Shown here in pieces: positions 47,022 through 56,995 of a DNA stretch of 64,000 nt (within the stretch, counting starts at the first letter, position 1; every line of letters starts with the position of its first letter). The DNA is taken from positions 1 through 64,000 of IMG/VR virus record IMGVR_UViG_3300035698_004757, one strand, 5' to 3'. The notes under the pieces were generated by a model. The model did not search any database. It saw only the letters and a list, made by a program, of their open reading frames with translations, and was not told the origin of the DNA. Source of the stretch: a virus. A program made the translations under genes and the position numbers.

Positions 47022-49507
47022 GTACACCGACCACCCCACTAATCCCAATGACTTCGCGACAGTACGCCACGATCCGCGAAGACCTTGAGGGTGTAGTCCA
47101 ACAAACTAACCCGGACCTGTGGAGCGACTTCTTCGGGTCGAACTTAGGGCAACAGCTTATTGAGTTGATGGCGGTGGTTGGTGACCTTACGTCGTACAGC
47201 ATCGACGCCGCCGCAAGTGAGACCTTCTTGTCCACGTGCCGACGCTTGGACTCGGCGTTGCGATTTGCGAGGTCAGTGGGCTACACCCCGCGATCCGCAT
47301 CGGCGGCTGAGGTGGTCCTCACGTCGGTGGCCTTGCCCGACGCGGTGACCGACAACGGGGCGCTCATCCCGGCCGGTACCGTGATTACGAGTGGGACAGC
47401 GGGCGTGCAATACGAGTTGTTGGCGGACAAGCTGATCCCGGCCGGGTCTGGAACTGCCGACGCATTGTTGACGCTCAAAGAGGGCAAGAGTTTTTCTGAG
47501 GTGTTCGACCCCATTCGCCAACCAAACCAAGAGGTGACGACTGCAAACGGTGTGGTCGAGCAAAGTTCATGGGGTGTGTACGTCGGGACAGTGACCGACG
47601 CAAACAATTTGTGGGCGCAGGTCACTGACCTGACTACACAGGTTCCTACGGCTAAAGTGTATGAGGTCGCGTTTGATGGCGGCGGCCGACTTAGCTTGCG
47701 CTTCGGTGACAACGTGGCGGGCAAAATACCGACAGCCACTATCACGGTGAATTACCGAACCACGGCAGGTCTGTTGGGTAACGCGCCTGTGCGATCCATC
47801 CGAGGCACGGTGCAAGCAACACTGACCGGCGGGCTGGGTACCGCGTCGATTACATACGAGAACAGCGGGTACACAACACCAGACGAGGTGGTCATTCTTG
47901 GCGCGGCCGCAGGCGGCGAGGACCGCGAGTCATTGGCCGAGTTGAAAACCCACGTCCCCGCATTCCTATCCACACTGGACAAGATTATCACGCTGGCTGA
48001 CTACGATTTGAACGTGGTACGTGTGCCCGGCGTGGCATTGTCCTTCTCCAACATTTTTGAAGCTGGCCCGTTTGTCAATGCCGTGCGTGTGCATGTGTGG
48101 GGCAACGAGATTGTGACCTTCTCCGCTGAGTCGCTTAACGGTGAGCAGCAAAGCGCATCGTCTTACACGCGGTACGCAGAGTTGCCGTTGTCGCTGGTGG
48201 ACGACATCCAAGGGTATGTGGCTGATCGCACGATGGTCACGACGCACGCTGTCATCATCCGACCCGATGTTGCGTGGGTGGACTTGTACTTGGACACGGT
48301 CATATACGAGAGTGGCTACGACCCGGATGCGATTCATGCAGCGGTGTCGGCTGCGGTGGTGGGCGTGTTCGAGAGCAGTAGCGGGTTTGCCATTCGCATA
48401 TCCGATGTTTATGACGCGATCGAAGCGGTGGAGGGTGTGCAACACTTCCACATTGACCGCGCCGTGTTTGAACATATTGTGAAGGCTCACGCGATCGGCA
48501 CAGTTCAGTTTGTCAATGCCGCCCAGCCGGTGGACGGCGATACGCTTGAGATTGACGACGGCACGATATTGGTGACGTTCGAGTTTGACGACGATGGCGC
48601 ATTGGCCGACAGCGCACATCACAGCATCACGATTGGGGCAAACGCAGAGGCGACCGCGACTACGTTGATGCAGGCAATCCGCGATAACCTTTCGATTGAC
48701 GCTTACCGGGACACGGCCGAGTCAGAACCAATTATTAAGTTGGAGCAGCGCACGGCCGGTGATGCGTTCAACGTCGCGATCCAGACCAACAGCGAAGCGC
48801 TGGCAGTGGTGGGCATGCACGGCGGATCAAATGCCGTTGGTGGCGGGGCCAACGCGGCCGGGCACATCACACTTGCGTTTACGCCGACCGATAGTGACAC
48901 GCTGACGTTGAGCGATGGTGACACTTCCGTGACGTTTGAGTTTGATACCGGCGACGGTGTACTAACCGGCAATACGAAGGTGGACATCATTGCGGGTGAC
49001 GACACGGCCACGATGGCGCGTCTGATCGACGAGATAAATGGGTCTGTGCTGACCATGACTGCAAATGATGCCACGACCGATCGACCGCGACTGGTTGTGG
49101 TGAATGACCGCGTTGGCGTCGAGGGTAATGTGGTGGTCACCAAGGTAGAAGCCACACCCGGTGCTGTCATCGTGAGTGGCATGGCGGGCGGCACGGGTTC
49201 GTTCGGTGCATTCCTTGAAGACATGCGACGTGAGATGGTCCCAGCGCCCGATGCTTGGCCCGTGGGTGACTACGTTCCCGGCACGCCGTACGTGGATGCT
49301 GGTGGTGCGTGGCAAGACGGCGGTATCCAACCCTACCGCCGGATCAAAGATATTGAAGTGGGTGCGGTGGCAGACACGCGGCACTATTACGACGAGACGT
49401 ATTTGTACAACAACGAGATTTACTATGACTCTGGTGAGGCGCTTGCTACTGAGGTTCAGCCGTTGAACCTTCGACGCCTCGTTTTTAATGTTCAGGCAAC
49501 GACCTGA
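47018..49507 (+). CDS. Baseplate wedge protein (gp6/baseplate J-like) with two TFEFD modules
   Basis: WSDF..SNLG..LIEL.A.VGD..SY.ID....E.FL.T; FGDN..GKIP; GGEDRES..E; ITLADY. Confidence 0.88.
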   Translation: MSTPTTPLIPMTSRQYATIREDLEGVVQQTNPDLWSDFFGSNLGQQLIELMAVVGDLTSYSIDAAASETFLSTCRRLDSALRFARSVGYTPRSASAAEVVLTSVALPDAVTDNGALIPAGTVITSGTAGVQYELLADKLIPAGSGTADALLTLKEGKSFSEVFDPIRQPNQEVTTANGVVEQSSWGVYVGTVTDANNLWAQVTDLTTQVPTAKVYEVAFDGGGRLSLRFGDNVAGKIPTATITVNYRTTAGLLGNAPVRSIRGTVQATLTGGLGTASITYENSGYTTPDEVVILGAAAGGEDRESLAELKTHVPAFLSTLDKIITLADYDLNVVRVPGVALSFSNIFEAGPFVNAVRVHVWGNEIVTFSAESLNGEQQSASSYTRYAELPLSLVDDIQGYVADRTMVTTHAVIIRPDVAWVDLYLDTVIYESGYDPDAIHAAVSAAVVGVFESSSGFAIRISDVYDAIEAVEGVQHFHIDRAVFEHIVKAHAIGTVQFVNAAQPVDGDTLEIDDGTILVTFEFDDDGALADSAHHSITIGANAEATATTLMQAIRDNLSIDAYRDTAESEPIIKLEQRTAGDAFNVAIQTNSEALAVVGMHGGSNAVGGGANAAGHITLAFTPTDSDTLTLSDGDTSVTFEFDTGDGVLTGNTKVDIIAGDDTATMARLIDEINGSVLTMTANDATTDRPRLVVVNDRVGVEGNVVVTKVEATPGAVIVSGMAGGTGSFGAFLEDMRREMVPAPDAWPVGDYVPGTPYVDAGGAWQDGGIQPYRRIKDIEVGAVADTRHYYDETYLYNNEIYYDSGEALATEVQPLNLRRLVFNVQATT

Positions 49508-49523
49508 TTAGGAGACTACCCCG

Positions 49524-49934
49524 ATGGCCAATTCCCTTACGGAACACGGCGAAGAACTGATGTTGTTTGGTGACGGCTCAAGCGATGGCTCACTTGCACG
49601 CCTTGCGGCGAAAGTGAAGTTGTACCTAAACACGTCCACCCCGGACAAAGATGGTACCGGCTTCAACGAAGTCGCAAACGGCAACGGCTATGTCACGGAC
49701 GGCAAAGCAATCACCGTCGCATCATGGACGTTCTCGGTTGTTGGTGGCTTCGGTCGCATCACGCTGGATGACCAGACGTGGACCGCATCCGGCAGCACGA
49801 TCGACAACGTCCAAGGTGCGTTTATCACCGACTCCGCCGACGCGGCGATGGCATGGTGGGAGCGATCGCTGGCGACGACCCTGTCACCCGGTGACTCCTT
49901 GACCCTTGACGACCTGTACGTTAGCGCTGGCTAA
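49524..49934 (+). CDS. Small structural protein (tail/baseplate region)
   Basis: SD AGGAG; E..GNGY..G..I....QTWTASG...LSPGDSLTL. Confidence 0.65.
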   Translation: MANSLTEHGEELMLFGDGSSDGSLARLAAKVKLYLNTSTPDKDGTGFNEVANGNGYVTDGKAITVASWTFSVVGGFGRITLDDQTWTASGSTIDNVQGAFITDSADAAMAWWERSLATTLSPGDSLTLDDLYVSAG

Positions 49935-49955
49935 TCCCCATAGAAAGGGGACGCT

Positions 49956-52781
49956 GTGGCTAACATCACTATGACAGGCGGCATTGTCCTGTCGGTGATG
50001 GTCGATGGGACTACGAAGGCGGCCCAGTCATCGACTGGTACCGTCAACGTGATACCTGCGCTCGGAGGTGGCTTTACAACGGGCCTCTCGGGCGGCATCG
50101 ACTTGTCACTTGACATGGACGGTGGGCAACCGGCGGGTGGTGTGATTGGCTCGGTCAATCTTGCCCCGGGCGTGGGCGGTTTGTTCGCGTGGACATGGCA
50201 GCCCGGGGTGGCTTTGTCTGCGAAGGTGCAAGGTGCCCCACGACGGGACGTGCCTATCACTGGTGGTGTCGCCGTGACGATGGCGTTGGGCGGCGACATT
50301 GAACGCGCAGCCGAAGAGATTGAAGGCGGCGTGGATTTGGCCCCCTCACTGGGGGGCACGCTGGCTCGGGCCTTTAGCGGTGCTGGCCCCGGACTCATTA
50401 CGAACGTGTTTCTCGGGGGGCGCATCCGCACGGTCCGGCCGTCAACAGGTACAGGCGGTGAGGATCGCCGTGCTGCGTTGGGGTATCGCCCAAACATACC
50501 TTTGCTGGTTCGCAGTATTGACGCAGCGTCAATCGCAGAAGTGGCCGCAGCAAATGTGTCCGATGGCGGGCGCTTCCTTGTTGCAGCGGACTACTCCGAA
50601 GGCGACGAGGTAACGTGGGATGGTGCTGGCGCTATGGCCGGTGCCATTGGCCAATACGTGGAGCCTGCGATTGGCGACCCCTACTATGTGTTCTTGCAGC
50701 CCAAGCCTTACGAGGTGGTGTGGTACACACCCTTGACGGGTGACGGTGTCCCGTCTGATGGCGGGATGTATCGAATTGAAGACGGCGCGTGGATGCCGTA
50801 TCGGTCATTCCCGGAACGCGCCGTCTTGTCGCAATGGGCGATCGAGATACTGGACCCGGACGGTGCGTTGGGTTACCTGACCCGCTTGCTCGGAGCCGCG
50901 CACACACAGTGGACCCGTGACGCAACCGACTTGAGTTTTTTACTCGACTCGCGATCGTGCCCGGACCGTTTCCTGACGCAGTTGGCGAAGCAATGGAACT
51001 TGCGTCTGCGTACCAGCGACCCAGCCATGCAGCGACGGCGTCTCCGTGGTGTGGTGCCGCGACATCGGGCCAAGGGTTTGCCGTCACTGGTTACGACTAC
51101 GCTTCGTGAACTTGGGTACGACGGTTATCCGATGGAGGTGTGGGTCGATCCGACGCATGCTGATAATTGGTTGGACCCGACTGGTGCCCCGGCGGCGGTG
51201 CAAGCCGAGATTGCAGCGCGTGGGTTGGTCATCGACCCGACGAACGGTGAAAAGGGTACCGCGTGGATTCCTAAGTTTCATGGGTGGTCACCCGACCTGC
51301 CGGACACGTATTGGCCTGCGAGCCGCGTGGGCATCCACCTAACGACGGCCACGGGCGCATCACTTCCACTTAACATGCCTGAGTCCGCGTTTGACGAAGT
51401 GCGGCAAATGCTTGCGGAGGAACTGATACGCGACACACTCCCAGCGCATGTGGACATCCGATACTTCGCGACTGATGTGTCACCGGACGCAGGCGACAGT
51501 ATCGGTGTGACGGATGAGTTGGCGTTTGTGGACTTTGGCACGGGTGCAACTTACACGTTGGGCGGCTTCGGTATGGCCGCGACCGGGTCGATCACGTTCA
51601 CGGGTCAGCCCGACGATGGCGACACAGTGACGATCGACGACGGGACTACCACTGTGACGTTTGAGTTCGACACAGGGGATGGTGTGACGCCCGGCAACGT
51701 CGCGGTGTTGATTGGAGCCACGACACAAGACACGGCTGACAATCTTGAAGCTGCGATCGACAGTTCAGCTTTGGACGTGGATGCTGTGGACGCCACGGTG
51801 ACGGACCCGCGCGTGGGGATCATTCACGGTTCGATCGGCGTCGGGGGCAATGAAACAATTACAACCGACTCAGGTGCAGTGACCGTGACGGGTATGCAGT
51901 TCGGGTCAGGTGACATTGGCGACGAGTCAGTGCGCCGCGTTCTGTTTGAGCCTGAAATAGACGGTCGGTTTGACGAAGACTACGCCATCGAGGGTGAAGT
52001 GCCGGTGGTGTGGACCACGGGTGGCACCGCGTACGCAGCACAACGGATCACCGGCGGCGTCAATGTTACAACCACGATGGGTGGCGTCATCGGCATGAGC
52101 ATGGGCGGCGGCGTCGTTCTCGGTGTTGACGTGGGTGGTACGTTTGCACTGGTGCCCGGCGTGGACCCTGTGCTGGTGCTGAGCATGGTGCTTGGTGGCC
52201 ATGAGACGGTGGACCCGGCTGACGACGTGGCGGCCAGTTATGTCCTGTCAGGCGGCGTTGCACTGGGTATGGACGTGCAGGGCGGCACACCTTCGCTTAT
52301 TGGCGTGGACAGTCCGGCAATCGTGTTGAGTCTGAACCCCGGGGTGAAGTTCACCACGTCTGTGACCGGCGTCGAAGTCGGTATGGTTCTTGGTGGGCAG
52401 ATCACAGTCAACCGTGCAGTGACCGGTGGGTCTACGTCGTCGATGGCACTGGGTGGTGGCGTGGGCGGCGCAGACACGATGACGGGTTCAATCATCCTGT
52501 CGCCGGTGTTGGGCGTCGTATGGATCAGGGACACGATTGAAGGCGGCATCGCACCCAGTATGGTTATTGGTGGTGGCTTCTTCTGGACGCAGACGGGTGC
52601 TATCGTTCTCAGTCCGCAGGTGATCGGCAGCGTCGTTGTTCCGGACGAAGAATTGTGGGCTGCGTTTATTACGCTCGGACCCGCAGTCGTGGGCGGCATC
52701 CCCGGGGGCTACGTGGTGGCAGGTGACATATCACCTACAATGGTGCTTGGTGGCACCCTGAACGTACAACGCATTTTGTAA
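49956..52781 (+). CDS. Baseplate/tail protein (P2 gpI/gp7-like core) with Gly-rich repeats and a TFEFD module
   Basis: LLD...CP.RFL..LA..W......QRRRL...V..H..KG..S....L..LGY core. Confidence 0.7.
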   Translation: MANITMTGGIVLSVMVDGTTKAAQSSTGTVNVIPALGGGFTTGLSGGIDLSLDMDGGQPAGGVIGSVNLAPGVGGLFAWTWQPGVALSAKVQGAPRRDVPITGGVAVTMALGGDIERAAEEIEGGVDLAPSLGGTLARAFSGAGPGLITNVFLGGRIRTVRPSTGTGGEDRRAALGYRPNIPLLVRSIDAASIAEVAAANVSDGGRFLVAADYSEGDEVTWDGAGAMAGAIGQYVEPAIGDPYYVFLQPKPYEVVWYTPLTGDGVPSDGGMYRIEDGAWMPYRSFPERAVLSQWAIEILDPDGALGYLTRLLGAAHTQWTRDATDLSFLLDSRSCPDRFLTQLAKQWNLRLRTSDPAMQRRRLRGVVPRHRAKGLPSLVTTTLRELGYDGYPMEVWVDPTHADNWLDPTGAPAAVQAEIAARGLVIDPTNGEKGTAWIPKFHGWSPDLPDTYWPASRVGIHLTTATGASLPLNMPESAFDEVRQMLAEELIRDTLPAHVDIRYFATDVSPDAGDSIGVTDELAFVDFGTGATYTLGGFGMAATGSITFTGQPDDGDTVTIDDGTTTVTFEFDTGDGVTPGNVAVLIGATTQDTADNLEAAIDSSALDVDAVDATVTDPRVGIIHGSIGVGGNETITTDSGAVTVTGMQFGSGDIGDESVRRVLFEPEIDGRFDEDYAIEGEVPVVWTTGGTAYAAQRITGGVNVTTTMGGVIGMSMGGGVVLGVDVGGTFALVPGVDPVLVLSMVLGGHETVDPADDVAASYVLSGGVALGMDVQGGTPSLIGVDSPAIVLSLNPGVKFTTSVTGVEVGMVLGGQITVNRAVTGGSTSSMALGGGVGGADTMTGSIILSPVLGVVWIRDTIEGGIAPSMVIGGGFFWTQTGAIVLSPQVIGSVVVPDEELWAAFITLGPAVVGGIPGGYVVAGDISPTMVLGGTLNVQRIL
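50518..50532. repeat. 15-bp palindrome (copy 14, intragenic)
   Basis: Exact; encodes IDAASI. Confidence 0.9.
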
Positions 52782-52790
52782 GGCAGCAGC

Positions 52791-53699
52791 ATGCAAGCAA
52801 GCAGCGGTATTAAAGTTCGAGGCATTGTCGAAGTCTTCGCGTCGCATCGCCGGATGAACGGCCCGATGTCGCGGACGATGTTGCAACGTCTCCGCATGCG
52901 AGACCCGTCTGCGTTCCAGCGCGTCCTGCGACATAGGAACATCGTTACCGATGCCGGTATCCAGACCGTGAGTGCTTTGCTTGCAGGAGCCGTGGGCAGC
53001 CCGTCCGTGGGAGGCACCCCACGTAGCCCGGCTGTGCTGGATACGATGCACATCAACACGTTGAAGGCTGGCGGCGTGGCGTCACCTGCGGAGCCAACTG
53101 CGGGTGACACCTTACTGGCGTCCACTGGAAACGACCTGCTAGGGACGTGGACCGGTATTGACTTGAACATCGCATACATCAACAGCGAGCCGGGCAAGAC
53201 CGGTACTCGGTTTTATGGGTTTGTGCCGACCGTGGAGAACGTGGGCGACACGTACACGGAGATTGGTTTGTTCGCAGGCGACGGCACATTGATAGCACGG
53301 TCACTGCTGGCGCAACGAGCCACCGGGTCCATCACTTTTGCTGATCAACCCGCCGCCGAAGAGATTGTGACAATCAACGACGGGTTCACCACAAAGATAT
53401 TTGAGTTCGACGGCTTGGGGCCGGACCCGATCCCAGTTGTGATTGACGCATCTAAAGAAGACACGGCGGAAAACCTGAAAGCAGAGATTAACCTGTCATC
53501 TTTGGCTGTGACCGCGACACGCAGCGGGGCCGTCATTACGTTGACCCACGACCAGACGACGGCGCTGGCCAACAATGCAGTGACCACCGACGCGGGTAAC
53601 ATTACGGTGGCAGGCTTGACCGGGGGCTACGACGGGGTGTTGAAGACAGGCGTCTTTGCACTTCACTTCTACCACACGCTTTGGTTCGAGAGGCAATGA
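52791..53699 (+). CDS. Baseplate/fibre-attachment protein with inserted TFEFD module
   Basis: N.VTD.G; TEIGLF..DG.LIAR...[insert]..KT....L.F...L.F. Confidence 0.65.
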   Translation: MQASSGIKVRGIVEVFASHRRMNGPMSRTMLQRLRMRDPSAFQRVLRHRNIVTDAGIQTVSALLAGAVGSPSVGGTPRSPAVLDTMHINTLKAGGVASPAEPTAGDTLLASTGNDLLGTWTGIDLNIAYINSEPGKTGTRFYGFVPTVENVGDTYTEIGLFAGDGTLIARSLLAQRATGSITFADQPAAEEIVTINDGFTTKIFEFDGLGPDPIPVVIDASKEDTAENLKAEINLSSLAVTATRSGAVITLTHDQTTALANNAVTTDAGNITVAGLTGGYDGVLKTGVFALHFYHTLWFERQ

Positions 53700-53700
53700 T

Positions 53701-56700
53701 ATGGCTGAGACGTCGCCCGACTACTCTGTACTTCCTCACGTGTCGATTGGTGGTGTGCCCCCGATCGGCGGGTATGACATTGACGCCAATGACTTGCCCG
53801 CGCTCCGCGCTATCAAGGTGACCAACCTTGTCGGCCCGGGTGCTGCGAACATGCAGCCGAACGCGCTGCACAAACGCGACCTATTCATACTCGACCGTCT
53901 CATGTCTCTGGTCGCGAACATGAACGCGCTAACCGGCAAGGATTCAACCGGGCAGGACATCACCGGTGACGGTTTGCCCGTGTACCTATCGCGCTTCGGC
54001 GAGTTGCCCATGCAGGCCGATTTGAAGATGGGTGATAACAAGATCACCGGACTCAAGGCAGCTACGGCGGGGTCCGATGCTGTGCGACTCGATCAGTTGA
54101 CCGGCGTGGACACGAGCAACTTCCTACTGCGCACGGGTGCCAACACATGGACCGGCCCGGCTCCGTTGAAGATGTCCCCTGACAATGGGACTACTCGGTT
54201 TCAGATCAAAGAGGGTGCGGCAGGCACAGACCCAACTGACTTTGTTGTTTTGTCCCAGCTTCAAGACGTGGCAGTAGAAGGCGGTGTGGGGGGCATGCTG
54301 GTGGACTACCGCACGGGGCGCGTGGAGAATCCGCAGGACGTGGGCGATGCGGTAAACGACCCTGCTATTACATTCGTTTTGGACAACCCTTACGCAACTG
54401 TGTACGCATTCGATGCCACGTTCTTTGTGACTGATACTGGCGGTTCTTTTGCACACACATTTTTGGACTTCAAGTACGACGTGGCGACGCGGCAGATGAC
54501 CGGCGGGCTGCTGTACACCGGCAACAACCTGTCACATGACCCTACGGGTTCATTTGACGTGACCATCCCCGAGAACGGAACACTGACAGATGTCATCACA
54601 TTGCTGAGCAACGACAATGGTGGGTCAGCCGGATCACCTAACTACGTGATTATCCGTGCCGCGTACATCACCTCGTCTGGTGCGCCGTCACAGCTTGTCA
54701 TCAACATCTTCTTCTCAAACAACGGGACTACGGCGTTTCACCATCGCGCAGGAACATGGCGCGCATTAGGCTTCAACGGTTTTGGCGGCGTGGGTCAACC
54801 AACCCAAGCAGGCACCACATACATCCCTGTGACCGCACATTCAAGTGGCGTGGCGCTGCGACAGTATTCCGACGCCGCTGGTAACCATGACTTTAGCTAT
54901 GCGCTCGACGGATTCCCGGGCGTGGACAAGGACCGCATCATTGGCGCGTTTGTGCGTGTGTGGGTGCAGGGCCGCAACGGTAAGTATTCACGTTTGCTCG
55001 CCCGCGTCGGTAACGACGCGGGTGCGTTCACAACCATCTTTTCGTCAGAGGGTGCCAATAATGGCGACGATTGCGGCAGTGAGTCGCTTGTGTTGGTGCC
55101 GATCAATCGGCAACAGTCGTTGCTTGATTTTCGCTTATCTCTTGAAACCACCAGTACAGGTGGCGACGTGGATGCGAGAACCGCGACGCAGGCTGTGGAC
55201 TACACCATCGAAGGCTTCCTTGTCACGGCGACGCCGCAGTCGGGTGGGTCAGGTGGCTCGGGCGGTTCTGGTGGCGGGGGCTTGGTGTACCGCAGTCCGT
55301 GGACGCCAGTTGACGCCACGGTCGCAGCGCAACGGGTGCAGACCTTCGCACACAACCTTGGCATCATCCCCGACTTCATTTCGGTGTACTTTCGTTACGA
55401 GACCTCACCCGGCGTGTATAACGTCGTGCAGTTGCAGCGCACCGAAGGCGACGCGGGTGACGACGAGAATGTGTCTGTAACCAGCATCGACACAGCAGCC
55501 CTAACGGCGCAGATTGCGCCCGCAGGCTTTAGCTTTACCGACGCCAACGTGAACCCGGGGTACGAGACTTCGCTAACCGCCGGTGAGATTCAAGTCGTGG
55601 CCGGTGCAATTGTCCCCAGCGCGTCCGCCGGGCTTGGCGCACAGTTGTACGCGGCACCGGTGTTCATCGGTGGCGACAGTGACGACAACTATTGGCAGCA
55701 GTACACATCACCATCGGACTACCACGTGGTTGACACGGTGCGACCTAATGGCATTGCACTGTTGCAAGTTGACCTGTTCAGCGCAGGTCCGGATGTGCAA
55801 GTGTACGATGCTGCGCATCCGCGTTATTACCTTGACGGTGCTGCGGGGTTCTCCCGCGAGTTGGTAGTCTCCGCAGTCTCCTTCGGCGACGGTGTGGGCC
55901 AGTCAACGCAGGCCATCGCAAAATTAGACGACGGGGGTGGCTTGACCTTCCGTGTGGACGGCACCCCTGCTGGCAGCTTCCGGTACCGCATCCAACACCT
56001 CGGTTGGGTGACAGAGGGTGCCGATCCGATTGCGCCTTCCACGGCCCCGCTAATGTTTGCAGACTACCAGCATGGCTCGTTCGGGCATGACGACACAGTG
56101 CCGTTCACGCTGAATCTTGGCGACGCGGACACTTACATTATCAATGGCGCGTTTGGTATGTGGGGTGTGTCGGCATCCAGTGAAGAAGATCACGCAAGCA
56201 TCCAGTTGCGATACGATGCCGCGACACGTCAATTGACTGGCGAACTGCTGTACGTGCCCGGTACCAATGTGGACGCAGCGACGGTTGCCGATGTCATTCT
56301 CCCCACCAATGGCGACGTGACGTTGTGCGCACTGCATGGCGGTGGGTCTGCCACGAAGGGTGTGCGATTGCGTGCTGCGTATGTGACAGGCGACCCCAAC
56401 ACGCTCAAGGTCTACGTTAATTACTTCGATACCGCGATCAACGGCAACGACTCGGTCACCGGCCGGGGCATGGCGGGTCGCTGGTCGGCCGTGGGTTACT
56501 TGCAAGATGTGACGGCTGCGCTGGGCACCAACGAGCAAGGCACGCTTCTGTACCAGACAGGTGACACGGGTGCGGCGGGCGTCAATCAGAACATTTATGA
56601 CACGTGGGTGGCAGTGGATGCGTCGGCCAAGATCGTCGGCACGGCTAAACGACTACTGGTGTGGGTGGACGCGACGGAGGCCGCCGTGCGCATCCGCGAT

Positions 56701-56985
56701 CAGAAATTGCGCACGACCCCGCTTAAAGCGGTGGCGTCGTTTGAAGCGGACCACCTCGGCCGGACGCCCGGGTCAACGTCACCATCCACGGTGCAAACTG
56801 AATTGGACATGTACGCCGCAGGGTACGGCCGCGAGAGGGAAGTGGTCACGGCCGGGATCAATGTGCGCGATGCGGCTGTGGTTGAAGTCGAGCCGGACAG
56901 CGACGGCAAGTTCCGTGTGCGGGTGTCGCGCACTGACCCGACTGCATATTCCGCTCGCCTGTGGCTGCTTGACGTTATTGATTAA
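53701..56985 (+). CDS. Tail fibre / receptor-binding protein
   Basis: ATG 53701; N.QPN.L..RD..; two KIT.L.A....DAV...QL-type neck motifs; modular C-terminal beta domains. Confidence 0.75.
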   Translation: MAETSPDYSVLPHVSIGGVPPIGGYDIDANDLPALRAIKVTNLVGPGAANMQPNALHKRDLFILDRLMSLVANMNALTGKDSTGQDITGDGLPVYLSRFGELPMQADLKMGDNKITGLKAATAGSDAVRLDQLTGVDTSNFLLRTGANTWTGPAPLKMSPDNGTTRFQIKEGAAGTDPTDFVVLSQLQDVAVEGGVGGMLVDYRTGRVENPQDVGDAVNDPAITFVLDNPYATVYAFDATFFVTDTGGSFAHTFLDFKYDVATRQMTGGLLYTGNNLSHDPTGSFDVTIPENGTLTDVITLLSNDNGGSAGSPNYVIIRAAYITSSGAPSQLVINIFFSNNGTTAFHHRAGTWRALGFNGFGGVGQPTQAGTTYIPVTAHSSGVALRQYSDAAGNHDFSYALDGFPGVDKDRIIGAFVRVWVQGRNGKYSRLLARVGNDAGAFTTIFSSEGANNGDDCGSESLVLVPINRQQSLLDFRLSLETTSTGGDVDARTATQAVDYTIEGFLVTATPQSGGSGGSGGSGGGGLVYRSPWTPVDATVAAQRVQTFAHNLGIIPDFISVYFRYETSPGVYNVVQLQRTEGDAGDDENVSVTSIDTAALTAQIAPAGFSFTDANVNPGYETSLTAGEIQVVAGAIVPSASAGLGAQLYAAPVFIGGDSDDNYWQQYTSPSDYHVVDTVRPNGIALLQVDLFSAGPDVQVYDAAHPRYYLDGAAGFSRELVVSAVSFGDGVGQSTQAIAKLDDGGGLTFRVDGTPAGSFRYRIQHLGWVTEGADPIAPSTAPLMFADYQHGSFGHDDTVPFTLNLGDADTYIINGAFGMWGVSASSEEDHASIQLRYDAATRQLTGELLYVPGTNVDAATVADVILPTNGDVTLCALHGGGSATKGVRLRAAYVTGDPNTLKVYVNYFDTAINGNDSVTGRGMAGRWSAVGYLQDVTAALGTNEQGTLLYQTGDTGAAGVNQNIYDTWVAVDASAKIVGTAKRLLVWVDATEAAVRIRDQKLRTTPLKAVASFEADHLGRTPGSTSPSTVQTELDMYAAGYGREREVVTAGINVRDAAVVEVEPDSDGKFRVRVSRTDPTAYSARLWLLDVID

Positions 56986-56995
56986 GGACTACGCG

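Noticed and set aside
33212-49507. Sheath/tube/spike cluster as a T6SS or extracellular contractile injection system
   Set aside because: Adjacent capsid, prohead protease, neck and 1583-aa tape measure genes indicate a phage virion
53701-56985. Diversity-generating retroelement target in the tail fibre
   Set aside because: No reverse transcriptase and no near-identical template/variable repeat pair seen in the window
56561-56995. N-terminal extension of ORF 56561..57622 (likewise 58509, 30168, 30788, 9933, 53656 starts)
   Set aside because: Most extensions overlap upstream genes in another frame; downstream ATGs have an SD or stop-start coupling
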